Shown one piece after another: positions 13,443 through 26,400 of a stretch of 64,000 nucleotides of DNA. The notes beneath the pieces were generated by a model. It ran no database searches, was not told the DNA's origin, and saw nothing but the letters and a program-made list of their open reading frames with translations. Source of the stretch: Trichinella spiralis. Lineage: Eukaryota. Made by a program: the position numbers and the translations under genes. The stretch's first letter is position 1; each line of letters opens with the position of its first letter. The stretch covers positions 2,003,854 through 2,067,853 of the forward strand of contig NW_003526940.1 in the NCBI RefSeq assembly GCF_000181795.1, read 5' to 3'.

Positions 13443-14942
13443 TTTCAAGCAATCGAAAAAGCAACCGTTCAATTGGAAGAACGAGAACAAACTAATTTTC
13501 AACCATTAAGCCATCTATACAGTTATTTGAAACTTTAAAATAAGCTGACTGAAATTTTATTGTTTAAATTTAAACAAAACTTTCAACATATGAGTTTAAA
13601 GTTTTGAAACAAGTATATATATATAATTAAATGACATGTGACAGATATTGAGATAAAAAATAAATTTAGTAATAAAAATTATAAAGCATATAATGCATAA
13701 AGAATGAAAAATTATTCTCTTAATCGATAATTTTCAAATAATATTTCAGTCAAATCTGAAATTGCAAAACTTTGTAATACTAAAAATGTTTGTAACTGGA
13801 CAACAAGCAATATGTAAAAACATAAGGACCTGGAATGCGTTTTTTCACAGTCATTTCTTAAAATAATTTTTTACACATATTACATCAAAATGTGAACATG
13901 CTCATTAAATTCTAAATATTTTACTCTGAATTTTATTTCAAACTGCTATAATTTTGTGTTGTATTTCTTTTCTGCAAATCATGAAACATCAATTTGAACT
14001 AATAAATAAAAGAACTTTTAAAATTCCTAAGTAACTCATAATCACATATTCTAAGTTGGAGCAAACCATTTAATCTTAAAATCTTGTTATTTGAAATTAT
14101 GTGTGACATAAACTTTTATGTCTGTTTAAATGAATAATAAATTGTTGTAATTTGTATGTAGTTTAAAACGCTGTTATAATAATGCAAATCTCATCAGAAA
14201 CGGAGAGTCACTGATCTCTGTAATTGACCGGCTGCTGAAATGGTGCTTTAGAAGATCTGAATTTACTATTCATCATAAACATTTATTCAAATTTCACACT
14301 TATTTCTCGCTTACTAGCAGAAGAAGAATATGTCTTATGTATCTCGAAGTGGCATGCAACTTACATTAGCTTGCCACAATATTTAAACAGCATCCGCATG
14401 GAAATTGACAGAGAACAAAGAGAAAATAACAGTATACCAAAAGTTATTTTTAGCATTTACATTTGAGAAAAATTTGATTAATTTTTCATTTGTTCGGTCA
14501 AAAATTCAAGCTGTTGTTTCAAGAAAACTTTGGTTTAGTAGTAAGTTCGCCTTCATTCCTTATTTGCTAGGTGTTTACTGAAAGTGTATTTGCCTTCTGG
14601 TCCTATGATAGGTGAAGCACACTTATTTGCTTATTATAGATTTGTTTGTTTTTCCTCCTCAAACCATTTCCAACGTTATGAAATTTAAATTCTACTTTGT
14701 CGTGTTAATGTGACTTTGATTTGACATGTGATGTATTTCATTGCTACAACAAAGCTTCTTCTGCAGTTGAACATCATCACATATTTCATCCATGTAAACA
14801 CTGGTACTCAATATATAGCAGGCTTCTGCATGCCAATAACTTGGTCAACATCATTTAGTCTCTAAGTCACTGCTAAGTAATGCGGACTTACGCTCTACCA
14901 CGAATTCTGGAATACCCTTTGCTATAAGAAGTTTTTCCTTAA

Positions 14943-15673
14943 CCTTTCAGGCCAGCATTTATTTCTGTGAAACAATCTTTTTTTAAATATGCGTTTTAAA
15001 CATGTTATGGTGTGTGTATGATAATTTTAATAGGATTTATTGCTGCAATAATATTATTGCCATTTTTAGAGCTGTATCAAAAGTGATGCACTGGGCCTCA
15101 AAGGAGTACACGTTTCTATAACTAAGTGTGCATACGTTTATTGTTCTTATGTACGCAGGCATGCAATAATTGGCATACAAATAATTAGTTATGAAATTCT
15201 GTAAAGCAGTTTCTGTTGTTACTTAGGCATAGGTAAACACTGCATTTTTTGCACAGGCACGTAGCTAATTTAAAGCACAGTCTGCATCTTCTTAATGTTT
15301 GAGTGATTTTTGGTCAGTGGCTAGTTTAGTCCTCTGCTACTTCTCTTGAGACGTCAGTTGGTCGTCTTCCCAATCGTCTTGACGTTAGGGGTGGCGTTGG
15401 AGAAGACGCACGAGAATGGCTCCTGGAAGTTGCAATACGCTTGTTCACAAGACACAAGGATTGACTAACTTGGCAAGTGAAGCTTAGTAGGTTCAATGTG
15501 CCTGTGCATGTTCCAGGCATCTCTTTTCTGTCCCTCTTATACAGTTGCCATGCATCTGTCATGGCAGTGCTGATGATCCAAAAGAAAATGCGACGGGTCC
15601 ATTTTCGACTTTTGTGTTCGATACGGTATAGAGCAGCAAGCATGTTGTTCAGGTCTATGCCACCCATATTCAT
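14943..15673 (-). mobile_element. piggyBac transposase 3' remnant with putative terminus
   Basis: NMGGIDL..YRI..KSRKWTRRIFFW..AWQLY; Cys-rich tail (CRLC..CKKC..LC..NCF..FH, ~15190-15300); TTAA followed by CCTTT at 14939-14947. Confidence 0.85.
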
Positions 15674-16989
15674 GTTGTAATTTTTTAAACAACCGGAGGC
15701 AATCTCAAGCGGGCTTCTGTTAATTCCTCATTAATTGGCGTCTTCTATACTAATGTGTAAATGCAATTTTTTCTCAGGTTTTATGCATCTTCTTTACTTC
15801 CACTTTACTGAAAGATTAAAAATCTTAAAAGTTGGTTCATATATTCTTCATTAGTCGTGACATTTATCATTATTTTAGTGAACCGAACTTTCCATGGTAG
15901 ATTTATCTTCCACACAGTGTAGCGACTCAGTAATTACCATCTTCAGTGATTTGATTTTACATTGCAGGCCACTGGATCCCCGTAGTAATATGCATCAATG
16001 GTGACGTAGATATTCTTATCAAGATTGTCCCTTTTTGATGTCACTCATCCACTAGTTGCATCTTAAGGCGTTTTAGCTCATCCAGCCAGTCTCAACTTTA
16101 TGTCTTGATGGAAATTAGACTGTAATCTTGATATTATATAGCAATTTGGGGGCAAAATATGAAGCATTATATTTATTCCACATATGCATATATGCCTATT
16201 TAACAAATAACCGATATATTGCTTTCTTCCTGAAGTTTTTCTCCATTATGAATTGCTGAATTATTTCGTGTTTTCTCAGCATTGCGTTGACTAATAATTT
16301 TCTCAACTGATGGTGTCTGATTCACTGATGCCATAAATCATTCATCTTCTTCTGATGACACCTTTCTTATATGCAGAACGATTTCTGTGATTTCAATTTA
16401 AATTGTATCTAAGGTTAATTTTCTGAGATGCGTTCTTTTTCCAAGTCTTTTAAAATATCTTTTGGTCTTTTGTTTGAATATAATCAAACTGATGTGTTCA
16501 ATGTCTTTTTCCTTCAATTGTCGTTTCCCTTTTTCTTTTTAAAGTCATGAAAGTCGTGTGGTTAATTATTCAAATGAAACCTGAGCAAAATGGCGTTTTT
16601 CATATTGCATTCATGCAAATATCACCTTTGACAGCAAAAGACTGTACTTTTGTTTCCACATTCATTTCAATGTTTTGAATTTGTGATTGTACTTATCTGA
16701 GAAGGCATCAATCGAAAAATTAAATTTTGGATAGCACAGAATCTACTGATTTATCGTACTTAAATGCTTCATTCAGCAGTACAAAGTATACCATAGTATA
16801 ACACAAAAGAACAATATAACATAATATAATGCAATGCAATACAATACAATACAATACAAACCAACAATATAATGAACTGAAACTGTATGAATACGATTAA
16901 CATTATTCAACTGAAACTGTAAGACCAATAAAAAACGGTACAAGAGTGAATAAAAGTAAATAATGCAGTTGTGCAGAAAAGGCTGGCAC

Positions 16990-18437
16990 TCAATAATTCT
17001 CCTCCTTGGGTACTAGGTATGCCACAGATCTCAGGAACTGCTCCATTGTGCGCGTACCGCCATCGTATTCTGCAGTCAACGCTGTTATGCGTTGCTGCAG
17101 TTCTTCATATTTCTTGTTTTTTACCTGTAAATCATTGGCGGTAACGCGACCTGATATCACGTGTTGAATCAACGTTTCCGTTGAAACCTGCTGCTCATCG
17201 ATCAGCAACTGGAGCAGTTCATAAAAGCCGAGGTGCCGCTTTCCCGCAAGTCGGTTTATTTTGAAGTGCCAGCCTTCCAAATCATTGTTTGTGCGAATAT
17301 TTACATTATATACATTCCACAGCGGGAGTCTGTCAGGGGGCATCCATTCCACTCGAAAATAATTGAACAAAACTGCTACTGAACCCGTAGCATCTCTGCC
17401 AAGCAGTTTTACGACAGCAGCTACATCATGAAACGGCAAAAAAGCCGTTGCCAGCAACATTTTGACTTTTTTCTTCGTTGCCGCTTCATGGATGTAGCTG
17501 GTTCGCATCCCAAGATCCGTCACCTTCCAGAGAACTGCTTGGCAGAAATGGAAATAACAGCCTTGTATGTTGACCCCCGGAAATGTTCCCTGCAATGCAG
17601 GGATCAGGGCGGTCTCAAAATCGCAAATTACTGTTTGCGGCTGAAGGACCACACCTAACGCTGCCGCCTTTAAAATTAAATTATCGAAATTTTCACGATA
17701 CGTGGAGAGATCTTTATGGACGGTTAAACAATAAACAAGTGGCACTAATTTACCAGCAATAAAAACATGGATGGTGAACAATTTGCTGGTACCATTCTGG
17801 AACTATGTTGAAAGTTCCATCCATGGACCAGACAGAATGATCAGATAAAATGGATAAATTTTCTTCTGTAAAAAATATTAAAATAGAAATTTATACATTA
17901 TTATACAATAATAATGCATAATAAGAAAAAAATGGCGACCAAACTCCGTCATTCGCCAGTATGGTGGAATTTCCAGCTACTAACTAGTTGGCGGAAGTCT
18001 TGAAATCTTCCTGCCCGTTTTCTGTACATGGCCGTCTTCACACTTTTATACGTTGGAAATTGATCGGCAGTTTTCAAATCAGCAGATGCACTGCTGGCTT
18101 CTTCATGGTAAATTTGCTTCATTTATTCCGCTGCCCGTCGCTTCAAAGCATTTATCTTCTTTGTTTTATATAAGATGTCATTATCAGGGGTGCAATCATC
18201 TGCATGAGGAACGGAACTGAATTTGGATTTGAACCCCTACATCCTTTTTCTATCAGCATGATAAATTTGAATTGAAATAACAGAAATGAGATACTTAATA
18301 AAATATTATTTACCTGTCGCCAAATCCACTGTTTTTCTTCAATGTTTGTGTGTTTGACATGATAAACTGTGCCTTGATGGAATAAATTACAACTTCTTAA
18401 TTCATTTAAAACCAAATAAATGTAAATCGTCAGCCAT
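16990..18437 (-). mobile_element. MULE/Mutator transposase (FLYWCH + MULE domain), frameshifted, copy 1
   Basis: MDGTF motif separated from the ORF by a +1 frameshift (~17782); DFETAL, GCYFHFCQAV, RTNNDLEGWH motifs. Confidence 0.9.
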
Positions 18438-18519
18438 GAAACACAACAGAAGAATCAAAGTGAAGTCAAGCACAGAAAACAGAAAAGTGGTAAAATGGTG
18501 AAAACAGGGTTCGCTTCTG

Positions 18520-18522
<3 letters not shown>

Positions 18523-18556
<34 letters not shown>
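18523..18556. repeat. (TA)n microsatellite
   Basis: Long uninterrupted TA run. Confidence 0.9.
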
Positions 18557-18558
<2 letters not shown>

Positions 18559-19024
18559 GATGCATAAAAATGCGTTAAGATAAAGGTTAATGCAACCATT
18601 CAAGTAGTGGGTTGTATTATATTTGTAGTGCATGGCATTGTACTTGTATTGTATTGTACTGTTTTTCTATTTTTTCATCGTAATTTCATTCTCTTGCTTT
18701 TCTCAGTCTGAGAACAACAGAATTATTACAAAACAGTCAAAAAGTTAGCATCCACGTCTGCAGCGGTCACTACTTTGGTGGTCAGTTATCAGCAACACGA
18801 GATAGGAAACCAATATTAGGCAAATAAAATGAAATAAAATTCGATAAATACAGCAAAGTAATATTTGGAAAATAGAATGCAGGGGACTGACCACAAATAA
18901 AATTTAGATTCGCGCGTCCAAGCAGTAGCCAATGAAATTTTACTGCGAAAATGTAGGCTGAGGTAGAGGGGAAATCGGTTCTATCCCTTAATAAAATGTC
19001 ATCCGTAATGTAGGAATATAACTG

Positions 19025-19457
19025 CAGTCGAACATGGATAAGAACACATGGAATTTGGCAAGAATCTCCATGAACTAATCCAAGTTGCGCACTTATCGAA
19101 AATTGGGAATTATGCAGAGTAATTGAAAGGAGCAACAACGTCACATTTATGAATTGGTTAAATGCGAAAAAATGTCCATTCATTTGAAATAAAATAGTCA
19201 GAAATGTAAGTTGGAATTCTATTTTGTGGCATCAGCGCTAGCAGTTACCCCTCAATTTAGTCTAAGTAGACCGATTTATGCTGTTTTCGTGAAAATATGA
19301 CCGAATTGCCACCAAATCTGCGGCAGTTTCTTCTGAGTCACTTTCTTGGAAAACAGAAGTTGCTTTGACTTTGGGCTAGTTGACGTTGTCTGTGAGATGC
19401 TTGCTTTTTCTAATATAGTGAATAATAAACTTTGTTCAGTATGAATGGCTGATATGG
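19025..19457 (+). mobile_element. MITE copy B, right end cut by the TIR at 19459
   Basis: Starts CAGTCGAACATGG and is colinear with 12106-12538. Confidence 0.8.
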
Positions 19458-19458
19458 A

Positions 19459-19616
19459 GGTTTGGTCCCACTTCGGCTCAATTTTATTCCCATTCGGTCC
19501 CACTGTTCATTTATTGGTCGTTGTCCTCGCTATTTTATTAGTCCGTAATCTCGCTATTTTATTAGACCGTAAAGTCTTTTTCGTATTGGTTTTCCTTGTC
19601 TTATTGTGCATTGATT
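19459..19616 (+). repeat. Left arm of a 158-bp inverted repeat (probable DNA-transposon TIR)
   Basis: Reverse complement of 23260-23417 with ~7 mismatches; begins GG; internal tandem CGCTATTTTATTAG. Confidence 0.85.
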
Positions 19617-19830
19617 GCCGATTTTACCTGTGCGAGCAATAGTAACAATTCTACTTTTCATTGAGACACCTATTCCCGTTAGATTTTACCCATCCTTTTA
19701 ATAGTCTCGTGCCTTCCAATATGGAATTATATCTTGGTTCAAAAATTCCACTGTCTACTCAGAAGATTTCTTTCAAAGTTTAAAAATATTCTTAAGGAAA
19801 CAAATTGAATTTAGGTTGTGNNNNNNNNNN

Positions 19831-21478
19831 TTTGATTTGTGATTGTACTTATCTGAGAAGGCATCAATCGAAAAATTAAATTTTGGATAGCACAGAATCT
19901 ACTGATTTATCGTACTTAAATGCTTCATTCAGCAGTACAAAGTATACCATAGTATAACACAAAAGAACAATATAACATAATATAATGCAATGCAATACAA
20001 TACAATACAATACAAACCAACAATATAATGAACTGAAACTGTATGAATACGATTAACATTATTCAACTGAAACTGTAAGACCAATAAAAAACGGTACAAG
20101 AGTGAATAAAAGTAAATAATGCAGTTGTGCAGAAAAGGCTGGCACTCAATAATTCTCCTCCTTGGGTACTAGGTATGCCACAGATCTCAGGAACTGCTCC
20201 ATTGTGCGCGTACCGCCATCGTATTCTGCAGTCAACGCTGTTATGCGTTGCTGCAGTTCTTCATATTTCTTGTTTTTTACCTGTAAATCATTGGCGGTAA
20301 CGCGACCTGATGTCACTTGTTGAATCAACGTTTCCGTTGATCCCTGCTCATCGATCAGCAACTGGAGCAGTTCATAAAAGCCGAGGTGCCGCTTTCCCGC
20401 AAGTCGGTTTATTTTGAAGTGCCAGCCTTCCAAATCATTGTTTGTGCGAATATTTACATTATATACATTCCACAGCGGGAGTCTGTCAGGGGGCATCCAT
20501 TCCACTCGAAAATAATTGAACAAAACTGCTACTGAACCCGTAGCATCTCTGCCAAGCAGTTTTACGACAGCAGCTACATCATGAAACGGCAAAAAAGCCG
20601 TTGCCAGCAACATTTTGACTTTTTTCTTCGTTGCCGCTTCATGGATGTAGCTGGTTCGCATCCCAAGATCCGTCACCTTCCAGAGAACTGCTTGGCAGAA
20701 ATGGAAATAACAGCCTTGTATGTTGACCCCCGGAAATGTTCCCTGCAATGCAGGGATCAGGGCGGTCTCAAAATCGCAAATTACTGTTTGCGGCTGAAGG
20801 ACCACACCTAACGCTGCCGCCTTTAAAATTAAATTATCGAAATTTTCACGATACGTGGAGAGATCTTTATGGACGGTTAAACAATAAACAAGTGGCACTA
20901 ATTTACCAGCAATAAAAACATGGATGGTGAACAATTTGCTGGTACCATTCTGGAACTATGTTGAAAGTTCCATCCATGGACCAGACAGAATGATCAGATA
21001 AAATGGATAAATTTTCTTCTGTAAAAAATATTAAAATAGAAATTTATACATTATTATACAATAATAATGCATAATAAGAAAAAAATGGCGACCAAACTCC
21101 GTCATTCGCCAGTATGGTGGAATTTCCAGCTACTAACTAGTTGGCGGAAGTCTTGAAATCTTCCTGCCCGTTTTCTGTACATGGCCGTCTTCACACTTTT
21201 ATACGTTGGAAATTGATCGGCAGTTTTCAAATCAGCAGATGCACTGCTGGCTTCTTCATGGTAAATTTGCTTCATTTATTCCGCTGCCCGTCGCTTCAAA
21301 GCATTTATCTTCTTTGTTTTATATAAGATGTCATTATCAGGGGTGCAATCATCTGCATGAGGAACGGAACTGAATTTGGATTTGAACCCCTACATCCTTT
21401 TTCTATCAGCATGATAAATTTGAATTGAAATAACAGAAATGAGATACTTAATAAAATATTATTTACCTGTCGCCAGAT
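19831..21478 (-). mobile_element. MULE transposase copy 2 on a contig flanked by N gaps
   Basis: Near-identical to 16675-18325; ORF 20146-20934; gaps at 19821-19830 and 21479-21488. Confidence 0.85.
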
Positions 21479-21865
21479 NNNNNNNNNNGAATGTTCTATG
21501 AAAATCTTTCTTGTTAGCAATCAAAGAATTTTATTTTCAAACTTTCACAAAGTTTTGTCTTCCTTTCAGCAGTGTTACTGTTTAAAGTCGTATATTTTAT
21601 TTAAATAGAAAATTAAAAATCTGAAATATTATTTACAAGTCAAAAAAACAAATTTATTTATATATTTCGTGTAAATTCTAAACTATTTCAACATCTGAAC
21701 AAAACCGAGTAGTGCGTTGGTGAACACTTAAATTGCCATCTATTCTCATTTCCATTTGCAACCTTTCAGTGTATATATTTTAATGATAACGAAATATTAA
21801 AACTTTCCGCATCAAAAGCAGCGTCTGTGATGTAGCTGATCTGTTTGATGTTGCATTTCAAATTA

Positions 21866-21997
21866 CATTTGAACTTGGTTATAAGTGAGCATGGATTTTG
21901 GTAAGAATTTTCATGCACTTATCCATTATTTTATCGTTTAATTAAATAAAGGGAATTTTTTCAGCCAAAATCTTATGCACTTAACCAAGTTCGACTG
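21866..21997 (+). mobile_element. 132-bp internally deleted MITE with TA target-site duplication
   Basis: TA|CATTTGAACTTGG ... CCAAGTTCGACTG|TA. Confidence 0.7.
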
Positions 21998-23259
21998 TAT
22001 TTTATATAAAATGTATGAACGTCAAACAGGATTTTTCATACAAACAACAAAACTCATCGACGTGTATAAAAAATATATATATAGATGTTTGTTTCGTAAT
22101 GAAGGAAACTTTGTAAATATTAAAGTAAAATTCTCAGATTGTAAACAAGAAAGATTTAAATAGAACACTCCCAGTAAAATCAAGAAATTAATCAAATACT
22201 AATAACAATTAAGTAGTTGTCATTCCTTGGTTTAGCTGGGAAGCTGCAACTGTGAACAATTGTCAATTGTGCATCTCCCTTTGTNNNNNNNNNNNNNNTA
22301 AAATCGCCTTTACCAACAAATGTGATGTGACGAGAAAAGCGAAGAATGTTTGACAAAGGCATATGCGTGAAATCATGCGTAAAATTAAGTGAAATTGCGA
22401 GCTAACGCGTAACGTTAGCATTAGTGCCATTTGTAACCCGGAAATTGAAAGTGTTGCTGCAACGTTCCAGATTTTTCAAACAGATTATTCAGTATTCTGA
22501 CATTACACCCGGAAATCTTGATAAATCAAATCTTGATAAATTTCAACATGCAGCAAATTTATTTACAAACAGTGGGAGCAGATTTATATATCAGTTGGAA
22601 AATCGGTAATAGACCACTTAGGGTACGGATGGTACATTCAAGGTTGTACCAATGATATCAATAGCATTTTACCATCCATCAAATTGTGGCGAGTAAGCTG
22701 GTGCCAGTAGTCTGTTGCTATGTACGGTTAAAGATATTGGCAAATAAGAGTTTATTTTTCAAGCTTCAATAAACAAAGCGGCTGTCCTTAGCGTCAATCT
22801 TTATCCACAAACAATAATTTGTAATTTTGAAATCACCCTGATACCACTTTGTTAATGTCGTTCACTGATATGTTGTTTATTAGTGTTGTTGTTGCTGCTG
22901 TTGGCTAGTGAAAAATGAAAATCACTATTTAACTTATTTTTTTTGTACTGTTTTTTCTGAATTGTTACTATCGCATTTGATATAACGTCACTTTGATACA
23001 ATAAAATATAGAATAATGATAAAAATTATTTTCAAAAATACTGATAATGAAAAAGTATAGACTACACAACAAATAATATATTTAAATAAACAAAATTTCA
23101 ACGAATGACGAAACTTCAAGCAGACAATAAAATTTTGGAATAATAAACATTTTCATTTTTTATGTTACGTCACTATTATTAAAGTTACGTAATCCTAAAT
23201 GGAATGTTTGAACCAATGAAATGAAAAAATATTACAGCTAATCACAAGGGAAAGATTTG

Positions 23260-23417
23260 AATCAATGAGCAATAAGACAAGGAAAACCAATACGAAAAAG
23301 ACTTTACGGTCTAATAAAATAGCGAGATTACGGACTAATAAAATAGCGAGGACAACGACCAATAAATGAACAGTGGGACCGAATGTGAATAAAATTGAGC
23401 CCAACTGGGACCATCCC
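23260..23417 (-). repeat. Right arm of the 158-bp inverted repeat
   Basis: Reverse complement of 19459-19616. Confidence 0.85.
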
Positions 23418-23427
23418 TTTTGCATTA

Positions 23428-26400
23428 TGTAATGTATTGTGATCCTAAGCGATCAAAATATCTACAAAAGAACGCGCAGGAACATGATTACAGTAGTTTC
23501 CACGTCACCAGTGTCCGTGCGTAGCTGTTTTCCGTGTTCGCTCTGTGTGCGTTGATTTCCCTGTGTGTGCGTTATCTTTGTGTGTAATCTCTTGTGCGTT
23601 ATATATTAGCTTGGTATTGTGTTGTCATTAGAAGTAAAGTCTCTATATACTTAATCAGTTCTCATACACAACATTGGCGACGAGGATGGGATTCATTAAA
23701 AAGGTACGTTGTTACCCGTATGACTACTGATTAACATGTTGGGCCACATCGAAGAGTTTGATATCTCTAAGCCAAAAGAATGGACGGCATACGCGTCCCG
23801 TTTGATTTTCTTCTTAGAGGCTAATAACGTGACTGATCCCGCGAAGAGAAGAGCCGTACTTTTGAGCTCTTGTGGTGGAGCAGTTTTCAACCTAATTCAA
23901 GCTCTCATTTCACCAGCTAGTCCTAATGAAAAATCTTTCGATGAGATTCTGTTCGTTTTAGAAGAACATTTCTCTCCGCAACCATCTGAAATTGCGAAAC
24001 GCAATGCTTTCTATAAGCGAAATCAGAAAATTGGGGAATCAATTTCTGATTTTGTAGCTGATCTTCGTCGGTTAGCCCAAGGTTGCAATTTTTCAGATTT
24101 AGAGATTATGCTGCGTGATCGACTGGTTATTGGCTTGAGAGATGAAGAATTACAGCTCCGTCTGTTTTCTCGAAAAAATTTGACCTTCGAATCAGCCCTG
24201 GAAGAAGCACTATCAGCAGAAGCCGCCGCTCAACATACCTGAGAAGTTCGTGCTTCAGACAACACGTCATCTAACGTTTATCAAATACAAGCGAAAACAG
24301 CAAAACAAGCTACGATATGCCAGAGTTGTGGAGGCACACACATTCGATCTCAGTGTCGTTTCAGAAACGCTCGCTGCAGAGCTTGTCAGAAAGTCGGGCA
24401 TATAGCGAAAGTTTGCCGGAGTAAAGCGAACCGACAGAGAAAAACAAACTTCAAGCACACAGCAAACTCATTAGCATCCGTTGACAAGCTGGCCTCAAGG
24501 TTTCCTGATTCACTGCTACTAAACAATCTCAGAGCATCGGCGAAACGTGATCAATCATGCATGTCGTCACGAAAGATTAGAGTAACCGTTGTCATCGAAA
24601 ACTTTCCGTGCGAAATGGAAAATGACACTGGCTCAGAATACACTATTCTTTCTGAATATGTTTTCCGAAAGTTGTCACAAGAAAGAAAAATTCGGTTGGA
24701 ATCGATCACTCTTAAACTCGCAACTTTTCAGGGAGAACTGGTAAAAGTGAAAGGAAGCTGTTCGGTAAATGTGCAATATGGAAATATCCATCGCACACTG
24801 ACGCTTATTGTCGCGAAAGGCCACTGTCCAAATCTGCTCGGACTTAATTGGTTTGAACCGCTTGGCATACATCTAAGCGGTGTACATCATTTGACATCAA
24901 CTCCTCCACAAATTTCAGAAGTATTGCGAAAATACCGATCTGTATTCACAGAGGAATTGGGTATGTACGTTGGAAAACCAGTATCTTTAGACTTGGATCC
25001 AAACGTTACGCCGATTTGCATGAAGGCGCGAAAGGTTCCCTTTGCACTGAGAAAAAAAATTGATGCGGAATTGGATAAGCTGGATGAACAAGGAGTTCTA
25101 GAACCAGTAGATCATCCAGTTTGGTCGACTCCAATCGTCACACCAGTGAAACTTGACGGAACCGTACGCATTTGTGGAGATTACAAATGCACTATAAATA
25201 AGGCTTTGAGAAAGCACGCCTACCCGATACCTGCTGTCAATCAATTGTTAGCGTCACTTTCAGGAGGAAAAGTTTTCGCTAAATTAGATTTAGCACAGGC
25301 ATATCAACAATTGACAGTTGACGACGCTACAGCCGAAGCGCAAACAATCATCACTCATCGTGGCGCTTTTCGAGCCAAACGTTTGCAATTTGGCATCAGC
25401 GCTGCCCCTGGAATATTTCAAAATGTCATTGATAAAACCGTCGCTGGCATTCAAGGAGTGTTGCCATACTTCAACGACATCCTCATTGCAGCAAGTGATG
25501 AGAAAGAGCTAGCAAATCGTCTGGAAACCGTTCTTCACCGCTTCCCAAAAGCAGGACTGCGACTTAAATCAGATAAGTGTAAATTCTGTCTTCCGCGCGT
25601 TGAATTTTTAGGCTTCGAAGTTGACGCAACAGGAATCCATCCTGCTAAAGCAAAGGTGCAAGCAATTCAAGACGCTCCGACTCCAAAAAATAAACAACAA
25701 CTGCAAGCCTTCTTGGGACTTCTAAACTTTTACCATTCATTCCTCAAGAACAAGGCTACTGTTGCAGAACCGCTACATCGTCTGCTTGACAAAAATGCGA
25801 GGTGGACATGGACCGGCAAGCACAAAAAAGCTTTCAAAGATGTCAAAAGATTGTTGTCATCCGATGCGGTTCTAACACATTACGATGGTAAAAAGCCGTT
25901 GGTATTAGTATGCGATGCATCGCCACATGGTATTGGCGCCGTTCTTTGCCACAAGTTGTCATCAACGCAAGAAATTCCAATTGCGTTTTATTCACGAACA
26001 TTATCCGCGACCGAAAGGAATTACGCACAAATTGATAAAGAAGCATTGGCAGTTATTGCTGGCGTAAAGAAATTCCATGAGTATCTGTATGGTCGTCAAT
26101 TCACCATCATAACAGATCACAAACCACTGTTGGGAGTGTTCGTGCCAAAGAAGGAAACACCTCAAATTCTGTCACCAAGAATGTTACGTTGGTCGATTCT
26201 TCTGAATGCATACGATTACACCATAAATTACCGACCCGGCAAAGAAATAGCAAATGCAGATGCACTAAGTCGTTTGCCAAAGCAGTCAACAGAAAATGAT
26301 GACTCACACAACTCAGTTATTCTTTTATTAGAGACTATAGACAATTTCCCGCTTCACAGCAAGGATATTGCACGAATAACTGCAAAGGATCCGATTCTCA

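Noticed and set aside
13323..13538. 71-aa antisense ORF repeated with each REEP copy
   Set aside because: Non-ATG start; recurs only because the DNA is duplicated
22400..22720. GCTAACG..CGTTAGC hairpin (Helitron end?) and a PAYSPQFDG integrase-like peptide on the minus strand
   Set aside because: No canonical CTRR end; peptide too short and degenerate; next to an assembly gap
24240..24242. Programmed gag-pol readthrough at the in-frame TGA
   Set aside because: It lies upstream of the gag CCHC knuckle and the element has other lesions; a CGA-to-TGA mutation is simpler
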